Under the pieces are notes generated by a model. The model worked only from the letters and a program-made list of their open reading frames with translations, was not told the origin of the DNA and made no database searches. Of a DNA stretch of 64,000 nt, positions 10,278 through 20,507 are shown piece after piece. This stretch comes from Clostridia bacterium (GTDB lineage Bacteria > Bacillota > Clostridia > UBA1381 > UMGS1253), in the NCBI GenBank assembly GCA_045578865.1, contig JAZNLB010000017.1, forward strand, positions 24,054 through 88,053, given 5' to 3'. Position numbers and translations under genes: made by a program. Position 1 is the stretch's first letter. The number at the start of each line of letters is the position of its first letter.

Positions 10278-11165
10278 TTACAAACTTTCTCCGATTTCAA
10301 TAAGTTTAGCCAGTCGGTGATTTGCACCCGATTTTCCAATCGGCGGCGACAAAAGGCCCGCCAATTCCGATAACGGCAGTTCTGGATTTTCCATACGCAC
10401 CTGTGCCATCTGTGCAAGTTGCGGCGGTAAGGCCTCCAGTCCGATAACACGCTCAATTTTTGCAATCGCTGCCAGTTGGCGCTGCGCCGCATTCATCGTT
10501 TTTGCGATGTTTGCACTGTCGCAGTTGAGTTGACGGTTAACGCGATTTCGTACCTCGCGTTCGATTTTAATGTTGTAATAATCCATCATCGTCAGCCCTG
10601 CACCGATTAAGCCCAAAAGTTCAGCAATCGCTTCGCTGTCCTTTATATACACCACAAAATGATTTTTCCGAACGGTCATGCCGGCGAGGTAACCCTGCGC
10701 TGCCAGAAGTTGCATTAAATCCTCTGCCAACTTCGCCTGGGCGGTCGTAAACTCCATATGATAATTCTTTTCCGGGTCTGCTACTGAACCGCCGCCTAAA
10801 AAAGCGCCGCGCAAAAACGATGCCACACAACAAGCAGTCTGTCTACCCGCTTTTTCCGGTATCAGCGCATCGCTGATGCCAACCGTGCGTAAAAACTGTT
10901 GTGCATTCTCTGCTTCCACTACCACGCCAAACAGACCGCCTGCTTTTTGAGGCGGTTCCATAGTGACTACCTTCGTCAAAGTCACCTCACGGATGAGCGC
11001 ACATATTCTGTCTGCTATATTTTTATTTTCAATGGCAAAACGAATGCGCCCTTTGCGCTTTGCGCCTGCAAAGCAAACGAGGGCTGCAAGCTCGCTTTGC
11101 TTGCAGCACCATGTCTCCGCTTCTACCTTGCACAATGCATTTTTCGTTTCAGTCGAAAAGGTCAT
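10278..11165 (-). CDS. whiA: DNA-binding protein WhiA
   Basis: 295 aa. It starts with FSTETKNAL, the typical WhiA opening. The LAGLIDADG-like core and C-terminal HTH are inferred from family knowledge, not read from the sequence. It is adjacent to rapZ. Confidence 0.85.
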   Translation of the reverse strand: MTFSTETKNALCKVEAETWCCKQSELAALVCFAGAKRKGRIRFAIENKNIADRICALIREVTLTKVVTMEPPQKAGGLFGVVVEAENAQQFLRTVGISDALIPEKAGRQTACCVASFLRGAFLGGGSVADPEKNYHMEFTTAQAKLAEDLMQLLAAQGYLAGMTVRKNHFVVYIKDSEAIAELLGLIGAGLTMMDYYNIKIEREVRNRVNRQLNCDSANIAKTMNAAQRQLAAIAKIERVIGLEALPPQLAQMAQVRMENPELPLSELAGLLSPPIGKSGANHRLAKLIEIGESL

Positions 11166-11168
11166 TTT

Positions 11169-12029
11169 TTAAACCTCTCTTTGAATATCGCGATGTGTGA
11201 CTACCGCATTATAACCGTTTTCTTTTAAGTATTTATAAAGCTCCATCGCCAGCGTAACACTTCGATGATGCCCACCTGTACAACCAATACCGATAACCAG
11301 TTGGCTCTTTCCCTCTTCAATATAATACGGAATCAGATAGGTTACCATATCCTTTAATTTTTCCAAAAAGGTTTGTGTTTGCTCAAATTTCAAAACATAC
11401 GAAGACACATTTTCCTCCAACCCCGTATGATTCTTTAAACTGTCCTTATAGTACGGGTTTGGCAAAAAGCGCACATCAAACACGAGGTCGCCGTCGATGA
11501 CAATGCCGTATTTAAAACCAAACGATGTGACATTGATGACCAGCGAACGCGCTTCGCTATCCTCGGATACAATTTCACGAACGGTCTCTTTGAGCTGAAT
11601 TGTACTTAAATTGGAGGTGTCGATAATGTGGTTGGCCTTGTTTTTGACATAATCCAAAATTTCTCGCTCTCTGCGGATACCCTCTATGAGCCTGCCGTCT
11701 CGTGCGAGCGGATGCATTCTGCGGCTTTCTTTATAGCGCTTCACAAGCACATCGTCCTTGGCATCCAAAAACAAAATATCATAGGTGTAGCCCGATGCTT
11801 TTAAGTTATTTAATTCATTAAACAGTTCGGAAAACATATCGCCGCCACGAATATCAATAACCATGGCCACTTTATCGATTTTACCATTCGAGGCATAGAA
11901 AATCTCCGCCAGCTTCGGAATCAACGCCGGCGGCATATTGTCGATGCAATAATAATCCATATCCTCCAGGCAACGAATGACTTGCGTTTTGCCCGCACCG
12001 GACAATCCTGTTATAATAATAAACCGCAT
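11169..12029 (-). CDS. rapZ: RNase adapter / nucleotide-binding protein RapZ (YvcJ)
   Basis: MRFIIITGLSGAGKT (P-loop) and C-terminal GCTGGHHRSV are characteristic. Confidence 0.9.
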   Translation of the reverse strand: MRFIIITGLSGAGKTQVIRCLEDMDYYCIDNMPPALIPKLAEIFYASNGKIDKVAMVIDIRGGDMFSELFNELNNLKASGYTYDILFLDAKDDVLVKRYKESRRMHPLARDGRLIEGIRREREILDYVKNKANHIIDTSNLSTIQLKETVREIVSEDSEARSLVINVTSFGFKYGIVIDGDLVFDVRFLPNPYYKDSLKNHTGLEENVSSYVLKFEQTQTFLEKLKDMVTYLIPYYIEEGKSQLVIGIGCTGGHHRSVTLAMELYKYLKENGYNAVVTHRDIQREV

Positions 12030-12059
12030 TGTCTGCTCCTCCTTAGTTTTTCTTCCTTC

Positions 12060-12971
12060 TTAAAATCCTAACATCCGGACTTCACACTCTAAATCCACAC
12101 CAAAATTTTCTTTTACTGTTTTTTGTATATGTGCAATCACCGCACAAACATCTTTCGCCGTTGCGCCGCCCTTGTTGACAATAAAACCTGCGTGCTTTTC
12201 CGACACGCTTGCGCCACCGACCGTATAACCTTTCAGGCCGGACTGCTCAATGAGCGCACCGGCAAAATGCCCCTCAGGCCGTTTGAACACCGAGCCGCAA
12301 CTTGGATATTCCAGCGGTTGCTTATCGTTTCTTTTCTTCGCAAATACCGCCATCGCCTCACGAATGGCAGCTTTATCGCCCGGCGTTAAACTAAACACTG
12401 CCTCCAATACGATATAGCCGCGTTTTAAATAGATACTGCTCCGATAACCATACTCGCTTTCCTGCGGCGTCAAACAAAGCACTTCTTCCGTTAGCGGATC
12501 GTAACATGTTACACATTCGAGCACTTCTGCAATCTCGCCGCCGTACGCGCCTGCATTCATCGCCACAGCACCGCCAACATTACCGAAAATGCCCGAAATC
12601 GGCTCCATGCCGCCGAGCGCATTTTCCGCCGCAAACGCCGCCGCCCGAGAAAGCGCCACGCCTGCGCCCGCAATAATACGATTGTCCTCTACTCGAAGCG
12701 CACGCATATTTTTGCCACAGATAAGCACTACGCCCCGAATGCCGGCATCACTTACCAAAAGATTGCTGCCACCACCAATAACCGTATACGGTATGTTGTC
12801 ACGCTTGCATGCTGCAATTACTGTCCGGATTTGCTGCACACCGTTCGGAAAAACCGCGCAATCCGCATTGCCGCCAATCTGATAAGCGGTATGCAAGCGC
12901 ATCGGTTCATCGTAACACGCTTCAATATTTTCTTTTGCAAGTGCGTCTTTGAAAGCCTGACTTAAAGACAT
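12060..12971 (-). CDS. murB: UDP-N-acetylenolpyruvoylglucosamine reductase
   Basis: FAD-binding pattern GGGSNLL with a C-terminal MurB domain; 303 aa. Confidence 0.9.
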   Translation of the reverse strand: MSLSQAFKDALAKENIEACYDEPMRLHTAYQIGGNADCAVFPNGVQQIRTVIAACKRDNIPYTVIGGGSNLLVSDAGIRGVVLICGKNMRALRVEDNRIIAGAGVALSRAAAFAAENALGGMEPISGIFGNVGGAVAMNAGAYGGEIAEVLECVTCYDPLTEEVLCLTPQESEYGYRSSIYLKRGYIVLEAVFSLTPGDKAAIREAMAVFAKKRNDKQPLEYPSCGSVFKRPEGHFAGALIEQSGLKGYTVGGASVSEKHAGFIVNKGGATAKDVCAVIAHIQKTVKENFGVDLECEVRMLGF

Positions 12972-12988
12972 AGCTGCCTCCTTAAAAA

Positions 12989-13930
12989 TTATTCACCCAA
13001 AAGTGCCGCACCGATAATACCGGCATCATTACCAAGTTGTGCCGCCGCAATGCGTGTATGTACGCCGTTGTGCTTATAGGTTTCCGTTTCGCAGAGCTTG
13101 CGAATCGGATTGAGCAGATAGTCGCCTTCTTTGCTGATTGCACCGCCGATTAACACTACCTCCGGTTGGAAGATATTTATCATGGACGCCACACCTTCAC
13201 CAACAGCACGGATGAACGCATCCACAACCGCCTGCGCGACCGGATCACCTGCTTTTGCCGCCTCAAACGATGTGCGTCCGTTCACAAGCTGTAAATCCCC
13301 ACCGACTGCCTTTGCCATCTCGCAATCCGGATTTTCTTTGATTGCCTTTTTTGTTTCACGAATCAGTGCGGAAACGGAAGCCTCGGTTTCCCAACAACCG
13401 TATCTGCCGCAACCACACTTGTTTTTGCTGTTTTTATCTACCTGAATATGCCCGATTTCCGCACCGACACCATTAAATCCCTCGTAAATTTTACCGTTTA
13501 AAATGATGCCGCCGCCAACACCCGTACCGAGCGTTACAAAGAGCATGCTCTCCATCTCTTCGCCAATAACCTTGTATTCACCGAACGCCGCTACATTGGC
13601 ATCATTGCCGAGGTATGCCGGCACACCGGTTTCGTTTGTAATGATTTCACAAATGTGCGTATCGTTAAAATTGATGTTCGCAGAAAAGGCGCAAATGCCT
13701 GTTTTTGAATTACAAGAACCCGGACATCCGACTCCGATACCCTTGATATCTTTTATATCATAGCCGTTTTCTTTCGCAAGGGCGCTGGCAAGTTGCGCCA
13801 TCGACTTTGCAATTTCATCGCCCGGACGCTGTGCATCCGTAGGCGCAGTCTTTGTTGCCACAATTTTATAACTTTCATCTACAAGACCTGCCTTAATCGA
13901 CATGCCTCCCAGGTCAATGCCTATATACAT
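12989..13930 (-). CDS. ROK family glucokinase
   Basis: IGIDLGG start, ROK signature and the CGCGRYGCWE zinc motif. Confidence 0.85.
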   Translation of the reverse strand: MYIGIDLGGMSIKAGLVDESYKIVATKTAPTDAQRPGDEIAKSMAQLASALAKENGYDIKDIKGIGVGCPGSCNSKTGICAFSANINFNDTHICEIITNETGVPAYLGNDANVAAFGEYKVIGEEMESMLFVTLGTGVGGGIILNGKIYEGFNGVGAEIGHIQVDKNSKNKCGCGRYGCWETEASVSALIRETKKAIKENPDCEMAKAVGGDLQLVNGRTSFEAAKAGDPVAQAVVDAFIRAVGEGVASMINIFQPEVVLIGGAISKEGDYLLNPIRKLCETETYKHNGVHTRIAAAQLGNDAGIIGAALLGE

Positions 13931-13950
13931 TTTACTATCCTCCCGTTTTT

Positions 13951-14901
13951 CTATTCCTCCTGCGGCTGATTTCGTTCAAGCTCAGCCATCAGTCGGTCAT
14001 CCATTTCTTTTGCTGCGTTGTAACCCATCTTCTTTTGACGGTTGTTCATCGCCGCAACCTCTACAATCACCGCCAGATTTCTGCCCGGTCGAACCGGAAC
14101 GGTAAGCGAAGGAACATTGATACCTAAAATATTGGTGTATTCCTCTTCAAGTCCCAAACGGTCATACTGCTTTCCATCCTCCCAAGGCTCTAACTGAATG
14201 ACCAAATCGATTTTCTCCGTTACCTTGACTGCGCCCATACCATATAAGCGGCGAATGTCTACAATGCCGATACCTCGAAGTTCGATAAAATAGCGGATAA
14301 TATCCGGCGCAGACCCTACAAGCGTTTTATCAGACACGCGTTTAATTTCTACTGCGTCATCTGCAACAAAGCGATGTCCGCGTTTTACAAGCTCCACGGC
14401 ACATTCACTTTTGCCGACGCCGCTTTCGCCCAAAATCAATACGCCTTCGCCGTGCACCTCCACAAGCACACCATGACGCGTGATGCGCGGTGCGAGATTT
14501 AAATTCAAATAACTGATCAGTGCCGCCGTAAAGCCCGAAGTGCTCATCTCTGTGCGACACACTGTCACATCATGTATGCGCGCCGCCTCCATAAGTTCGG
14601 GAAACATTTCCATACCGCGCGTAACCACGAGCAACGGGATGCCCGTCGATAAAAGTTTGTCAAAACATTCCTGTCTCGCCTGTGGCGCAAATTCCTCCAA
14701 ATACGACATTTCCACTTTTCCGAGAATCTGTATGCGCGACGGCTCAAAATAATCATAAAAGCCTACGATCTGCATGCCCGGTCGGTTAACCTCACTGCTG
14801 ATAATCTTGACTTGTGCCGCATTGGTCGCACGATAACAGGTTTCCAGGTGAAACTCCTCAATCAACGATTCAAGTCCGATGGAATATCCGGAATTGTGCA
14901 T
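13951..14901 (-). CDS. hprK: HPr kinase/phosphorylase
   Basis: The P-loop GESGVGKSE, LVADD and ELRGLGI-like IELRGIGIV motifs are present. Confidence 0.9.
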   Translation of the reverse strand: MHNSGYSIGLESLIEEFHLETCYRATNAAQVKIISSEVNRPGMQIVGFYDYFEPSRIQILGKVEMSYLEEFAPQARQECFDKLLSTGIPLLVVTRGMEMFPELMEAARIHDVTVCRTEMSTSGFTAALISYLNLNLAPRITRHGVLVEVHGEGVLILGESGVGKSECAVELVKRGHRFVADDAVEIKRVSDKTLVGSAPDIIRYFIELRGIGIVDIRRLYGMGAVKVTEKIDLVIQLEPWEDGKQYDRLGLEEEYTNILGINVPSLTVPVRPGRNLAVIVEVAAMNNRQKKMGYNAAKEMDDRLMAELERNQPQEE

Positions 14902-15032
14902 CTTCGTCGCCTCCAGTACTTCATAATAAAATATCTATACTTATACAATTTTATTATATACGATTTTTTCTGTTTTTTCAACGAAAAAATCAATTTTTTA
15001 CAGAAAGATTCTATTGCAATTTTGCACACAAG

Positions 15033-15064
15033 AAAACGGATGCAAGCAATCTTGCATCCGTTTT
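15033..15064 (-). terminator. Terminator after the SLH-domain gene
   Basis: aaaacggatgcaag-caat-cttgcatccgtttt forms a 14-bp stem with a U-run on the minus strand. Confidence 0.8.
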
Positions 15065-15079
15065 GAAATTAAAGATATT

Positions 15080-17971
15080 CTACGGCTGAGTACGCTCGTC
15101 CACAACCACAATTAAATTTTTGAGTGTGCCCAGATACATGTGTGCAAATACGCGCGATGCATTTGCATTTGCATGCTCACCGAATTCCGCCAGTAAATTC
15201 AAATCACTCAAAAGCGAGACAGTCGTGCCGTTGTCCGTCAACTGTACATAGTACTTATACACACTTGAACCCACCTTCAACTGCAGTGCATCGGTTATAT
15301 CCAGCGTCGGTGTCGCACCGGTTGTATCTACGAATTTCGGTGCAATAAAGATATATCCATCCTCTGTTACCTTTGATACTGTACCATAGATGGTCTTAAA
15401 GTAATGAACACCGCCTTCATTTTTTATCTCGTTATTGTTTTCGATGTATTTATCTACTTTTGTGCCTTCAACCAGATTTGCTACATCCAACTCATGTGTG
15501 CCTGTATTTGCACGACCAAGTTTGCAAATGCGTCCGTCACTATCGAAACCGAAACGCAGCACATCACCCGGCTTTATTGTATTATACGGCGCTCCCACAT
15601 TTTCGGTTTCATAAGTCTTTAACTGACCGTTTTCATAAACTTCAATCTCAAAGACAATCGTTTCTTCCTCAAACTTTGTGCTGATTTTTTCTTTCACACT
15701 CTTGACAACACGCAACGATGTTGCTGTATCTACCGTAGTTTCCGCAGAAACCGCTGCTGCATTATAAACCAATATAACCTTTGCCACATTCGAATCGTTC
15801 ATATCGTATGCAGCGATTTTGTACTTCGTATTGTTCTTAAAGTAGGATGTCGCAGTCGAACGCTTGTACTCAGTTTCACTTCCACGGTTGTCCGGAACGA
15901 CCAGCACAAGCGTAGAACTATTCACATATACCTTTCCTTCAAAGCCATTGGCCGTATTGTATTTATACTCTGTTTTCTCTAAGCCGGTAACCAATGCATC
16001 CGTTGATATGTTTTTTCCGATTTTTATGCTTCCGTCACCTGATAGGGAAACTGTTGTAATGGCAGTGATTTCGCCTGCGCTGTTTTTCACATAACGAATC
16101 AACTGTGCATATTCTGCACCGCTGGCATCTTCATTGGCTTTAATTTTGGGCGCAGTTGTTGCGAGTGCATCAAGCACAGCGCTCCCGTCCGTCTTCGTGC
16201 TACCGTTTACCTTAACGGTTCTTGCACAGTTTACCTTTGTCGGTTTGGACGGCGTGCCACTCAAATTCAACAATTTTAAAACTGCACGGTCGTTATCAAT
16301 CCCTGCCAGTGTAACATAGGCGTAGGCACCCGCATCTTCTACGGTAATTTTCGCCGCACATATGCGGCCATTTTTATCCAGATAGAAGGTGCCTTCCGCA
16401 CCGATTTTCGGTGCAACAGTTCCTTTTGCAACCTGCGCTTCAAATACATCCGTCGTCGGATATGCCTTTCCGTCAATCACATAACTGCCGTTGCTACCGC
16501 GTTCTTTAATTTTTCCCTTCACGGTTTTTGAACTGATATAGACTTTAAACTTCTTGCCTGTTTTGTCAGCCGCAACAGAAACCACCTGCATTGCCTTGAT
16601 GTCCTCTATTGTCACCTCTGCACCGGTTTGTGCATTGTAAAACTCTGCCGTGACATTGCGCGCATACGGATCAATGCGTACTGACTTGCCGGAAACATAA
16701 TTATCATAGATAATATAATTATTTGCATCTACCGCATCCGAAGTCTGCACAGCACTTTTTACAACATAAATATCATAATCTTCTATGAAAATCGAGTCAA
16801 ACTTTCTGTCGCCCGTGCTTTCAACTAAGCGCACTTCACCGTCAACAAAGGCATCGCTGTCCGGATCTAACCAAGCAGACAAATCACGCTCATCCGCCGA
16901 GCCGGATTTATAGTCGTAGAGCGAGCCGTTATACATCAAAAGTGCATCGGAGTCAATTTCATATTTTTCGGTGTCTGATTTGCCTTTTTGCACATAGGCT
17001 TCCACTTCTAAACTGCGAAAATCTACGATATCTTCAGACAAAAGGACAATTTCTTCACTCTTGGCTGCAACTTCCTTTGCATACACCAGAGCGTTTGTTT
17101 CGTCCTCCGAACCGATTTTGTAAAATCCGGATACATATTTTCCGAGCAAGTCTTTCGCTTCCGCCTTCGTCAGAAGATTATTATACGAAAAAACTTCATT
17201 TACCTGTGCAAAAGCCAGCTGGCCTGCACGCACACGAAGGGAGCTTTCAGCAAGGGCATCCGTTCCGTCTACTTGCGTCACCATATAGTTTTTAAACTGT
17301 GCATAGCCGAGTTTGTCTTTTAAAAGTGTCTTTTCCGTCCTCTTGATACTATCCTCGCCACTTTTTTCCGCAAGCTTCACTTCCAGGGAATTAAACAAAA
17401 TCTGTGCAACCATCGCACGCGTTGCCGGTGCGCTGGTTTCGCTGACACTGATATTCTTCGTCAATTCCAATTCCGCCGCCTGTGCAAGATAACCGTCCGG
17501 CCAACTGCCCAACGACAATGCCGCCAACTCATAACCGAGCGCACAAACCATCATTTTGATCGCCTGTTCATAAGTTACCGGATTGTCCGGTGCGAAAGTG
17601 CCGTCACCCATACCTAAAATAATGCCCAGATTATAAGCAATTTTGATATAGCCGGAGGCCCAATGTTCACTTCCGCCGGCAGTCATATCCGTGAATATAT
17701 CCTTCGCGCTTGCACTGACGGCCACGCTCTCCATACCGAGCATGCGCGCAACCACCGTTGCAAACTCTGCACGGGTAATTGTGTTTTCCGGACGAAAAGA
17801 TCCATCTTCATAGCCTTTGAGCATTTTAAGTGCCACCAAAACTTCAATCGCCTCATTGTGCTCTACGCTTTCATTGACATCGATAAATCCCGCTGATGCC
17901 GGCACGGCAATCATGCCGATTAAAAGCACTGCGGAAAGTATCAACGAAAGAAGCTTCCTTGCATATTTCAT
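15080..17971 (-). CDS. Large secreted SLH-domain cell-wall protein
   Basis: Signal peptide (..VPASA), then SLH repeats (LKGYEDGSFRPENTITRAEFATVVARML and others). The 963-aa body is rich in beta-strand-type sequence. Confidence 0.85.
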   Translation of the reverse strand: MKYARKLLSLILSAVLLIGMIAVPASAGFIDVNESVEHNEAIEVLVALKMLKGYEDGSFRPENTITRAEFATVVARMLGMESVAVSASAKDIFTDMTAGGSEHWASGYIKIAYNLGIILGMGDGTFAPDNPVTYEQAIKMMVCALGYELAALSLGSWPDGYLAQAAELELTKNISVSETSAPATRAMVAQILFNSLEVKLAEKSGEDSIKRTEKTLLKDKLGYAQFKNYMVTQVDGTDALAESSLRVRAGQLAFAQVNEVFSYNNLLTKAEAKDLLGKYVSGFYKIGSEDETNALVYAKEVAAKSEEIVLLSEDIVDFRSLEVEAYVQKGKSDTEKYEIDSDALLMYNGSLYDYKSGSADERDLSAWLDPDSDAFVDGEVRLVESTGDRKFDSIFIEDYDIYVVKSAVQTSDAVDANNYIIYDNYVSGKSVRIDPYARNVTAEFYNAQTGAEVTIEDIKAMQVVSVAADKTGKKFKVYISSKTVKGKIKERGSNGSYVIDGKAYPTTDVFEAQVAKGTVAPKIGAEGTFYLDKNGRICAAKITVEDAGAYAYVTLAGIDNDRAVLKLLNLSGTPSKPTKVNCARTVKVNGSTKTDGSAVLDALATTAPKIKANEDASGAEYAQLIRYVKNSAGEITAITTVSLSGDGSIKIGKNISTDALVTGLEKTEYKYNTANGFEGKVYVNSSTLVLVVPDNRGSETEYKRSTATSYFKNNTKYKIAAYDMNDSNVAKVILVYNAAAVSAETTVDTATSLRVVKSVKEKISTKFEEETIVFEIEVYENGQLKTYETENVGAPYNTIKPGDVLRFGFDSDGRICKLGRANTGTHELDVANLVEGTKVDKYIENNNEIKNEGGVHYFKTIYGTVSKVTEDGYIFIAPKFVDTTGATPTLDITDALQLKVGSSVYKYYVQLTDNGTTVSLLSDLNLLAEFGEHANANASRVFAHMYLGTLKNLIVVVDERTQP

Positions 17972-18065
17972 ATGTATTCCTCCTTCATGGGTACAATATC
18001 ATAATTGTATCTTAACACGAGCCCCTTTGCACGGTCAATTACAATTATTTTACAATTTCATAATA

Positions 18066-18102
18066 AAAAGGATGTAAAAAGATTTTTTTACATCCTTTTT
18101 TC
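18066..18102. terminator. Bidirectional terminator, GGATGTAAA hairpin family copy 1
   Basis: aaaaaggatgtaaaaa-gat-tttttacatccttttt lies directly after the stop of the DMT transporter gene. Confidence 0.8.
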
Positions 18103-19002
18103 TTAAATCTTCTTTTTCTCCGGCATTTGCACCAGCAAAATCGCTGCAAACATTAAAATACATCCCAGAATTTCCATGCCGTTCATTCGTTCATGTAACA
18201 AAACTGCACCCGCCAAAACGGCAAATACGGACTCTAAACTCATCAAAATCGAAGCGGAGGTCGGGTCGGTATACTTTTGCCCGACAATCTGCAGGGTATA
18301 TGCCACGCCACACGACATCACGCCCGAATACAAAATTGCCGTTGCACATTGCAAAATGAGCGAAAGCCTAGGTGTTTCAAGCACAAGCATCAAGACAATA
18401 TTGATTGCACCGGAAACAAAAAATTGCAAACACGCCAGTTTTACACCGTCGACCTGCGGCGAAAAATAATCAATCACCAATATATGAAATGCGAAAACAA
18501 GCGCGCAAATCAGGGTAAGTACATCACCGAAGTTGATTTTTTGCATATCGCCACCCGTCAGACACAAAAGGCTTAATCCGCCGAGCGCAACCACGGCGCT
18601 GAACACTGCAATCAAACTCGGTCGTTTTTTGAAAAATAAGCCGAGAAAAGGCACCAAAATCATATACATCGCCGTAATAAAACCGCTCTTTCCCGCCGTT
18701 GTGTATTTCATGCCATAGGTCTGCAAAGTACTTGCAAGGCACAAAAGACATCCACACACAATACCGCCGAAAAGCAAGGCCTTTCCCTTTTGCTGCTCCG
18801 CCACCTTCGCTTCCGTACTCTTTGTGCGCTCTCGCACCAGTATAAACGGAATAAGCACCGCACAGCCGAGCCATGTGCGGATACCGTTAAATGTGTTTGG
18901 CTCTATGTATTCCATACCCGTGCGCTGGGATACAAAAGAAATACCCCAGATAATCGCCGTCATCATCAAAATAAGATTGCCCTTTAATTTCGTTTTGTTC
19001 AT
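18103..19002 (-). CDS. DMT (EamA-like) family transporter
   Basis: About ten predicted TM segments with two EamA-like halves; 299 aa. Confidence 0.8.
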   Translation of the reverse strand: MNKTKLKGNLILMMTAIIWGISFVSQRTGMEYIEPNTFNGIRTWLGCAVLIPFILVRERTKSTEAKVAEQQKGKALLFGGIVCGCLLCLASTLQTYGMKYTTAGKSGFITAMYMILVPFLGLFFKKRPSLIAVFSAVVALGGLSLLCLTGGDMQKINFGDVLTLICALVFAFHILVIDYFSPQVDGVKLACLQFFVSGAINIVLMLVLETPRLSLILQCATAILYSGVMSCGVAYTLQIVGQKYTDPTSASILMSLESVFAVLAGAVLLHERMNGMEILGCILMFAAILLVQMPEKKKI

Positions 19003-19086
19003 AAAATCAGCCCTTTTGAAATCATGCCTGTATATACATCCTATGCAAATTTTGTTTGCAAGAGATTTGTTTTTTCATTTTTATAT

Positions 19087-19752
19087 TTACTTTGTCATCT
19101 TCTCCTGTTTTACCTTATGGTCAATCACATGACGGCTTGCAAGTTCACGGTGAATGTCCTCGAGCGAAATGCCCATTTCAATCATCAAAACCATTACATG
19201 ATAAGCAAGGTCTGCAATTTCGTAAATCGTTTCCTTTTTGTCGTCTGCCTTTCCGGCAATGATAACCTCCGTACATTCCTCGCCGACTTTCTTTAAAATC
19301 TTGTCGATGCCCTTTTCAAACAGATAGGTTGTATATGAGCCTTCCTTTTTCTCTATCTTTCTGCCGACAAGCATTTCCATCAAACCTTCCAGCGAAAATT
19401 CGTGCAAATCCTCGCTTTCCCATACCGGATTGGTAAAGCACGAATCCGTACCCTTATGGCAAGCAGGCCCCTGTTTTTCTACAACCACAACGAGCGCATC
19501 GTTATCGCAGTCGGCAATGATGGAAACAATATTTTGCACATTACCGCTCGTTTCTCCCTTGCGCCACAATTCCTGACGGGAACGGCTCCAAAAACAAGTT
19601 CTGCCTTCTTTTATCGAAATTTCAAGGCTTTCTTTATTCATATATGCCACCGTAAGCACCTTTTTGGTTACGGCGTCTACTACAACGGCAGGAATTAAGC
19701 CTTTTTCATCAAATTTTAATTCGTTAATATTTAACATTTCTCTATGCCTCAC
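19087..19752 (-). CDS. hisI: Bifunctional phosphoribosyl-AMP cyclohydrolase / phosphoribosyl-ATP diphosphatase
   Basis: HisI region (FWSRSRQELWRKGETSGN, CDNDALV) fused to a HisE region (YTTYLF..KVGEE..E). Confidence 0.9.
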   Translation of the reverse strand: MRHREMLNINELKFDEKGLIPAVVVDAVTKKVLTVAYMNKESLEISIKEGRTCFWSRSRQELWRKGETSGNVQNIVSIIADCDNDALVVVVEKQGPACHKGTDSCFTNPVWESEDLHEFSLEGLMEMLVGRKIEKKEGSYTTYLFEKGIDKILKKVGEECTEVIIAGKADDKKETIYEIADLAYHVMVLMIEMGISLEDIHRELASRHVIDHKVKQEKMTK

Positions 19753-20507
19753 AATCTCATATTTACACCGCTTGCTTGCAGTTTTTCTTTTAAATCCGAA
19801 ATTTTCACTTCACCGAAATGGAAAATAGAAGCCGCCAAACCGGCATCTACCTTCGGCAACGCATGAAACAGTTTCACAAAATCATCTATGCAACCTGCAC
19901 CGCCCGAAGCGATGACAGGTACATCCACCGCATTGCACACGGCATCGAGCATTTCCAAGTCAAAGCCCTGTTTTACGCCGTCGGTGTCAATGGAGTTGAG
20001 CACCACCTCACCTGCGCCATTCGCAACGCACCGTTTTATCCACTCAATCGCTTCCATGCCCGTGTTTTCACGGCCGCCCTTGGCAAACACGCGGAATACA
20101 CCTTCCACACGCTTTACATCGGCGGAGATGACCACGCACTGGTCGCCGTAGCGTTTTGCCGCCTCATAAATCAAATCCGGATTTTTGATTGCGCCGGAAT
20201 TAACACTGACTTTATCCGCACCGCATTTGAGTACCCGGTCAAAATCTTCAACCGTATTGATCCCCCCGCCAACAGTGAGCGGAATAAATATCGTGCGCGC
20301 CACCTCGCAGAGAATGTCGGTAAATAATGCTCTGCCCTCGGCAGATGCCGTGATATCATAAAACACCAACTCGTCTGCGCCGTTGTCGCTGTAATATTTT
20401 GCAAGGCTGACCGGACCCGAAACATCATTTAAGCCTTCAAAATTCACGCCCTTGACCACACGGCCGTTTTTTACATCCAGACAAGGGATAATTCTCTTGG
20501 TTATCAT
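19749..20507 (-). CDS. hisF: Imidazole glycerol phosphate synthase cyclase subunit
   Basis: RIIPCLDVKNGRVVKG start; 252 aa. The stop overlaps the hisI start. Confidence 0.95.
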   Translation of the reverse strand: MITKRIIPCLDVKNGRVVKGVNFEGLNDVSGPVSLAKYYSDNGADELVFYDITASAEGRALFTDILCEVARTIFIPLTVGGGINTVEDFDRVLKCGADKVSVNSGAIKNPDLIYEAAKRYGDQCVVISADVKRVEGVFRVFAKGGRENTGMEAIEWIKRCVANGAGEVVLNSIDTDGVKQGFDLEMLDAVCNAVDVPVIASGGAGCIDDFVKLFHALPKVDAGLAASIFHFGEVKISDLKEKLQASGVNMRL

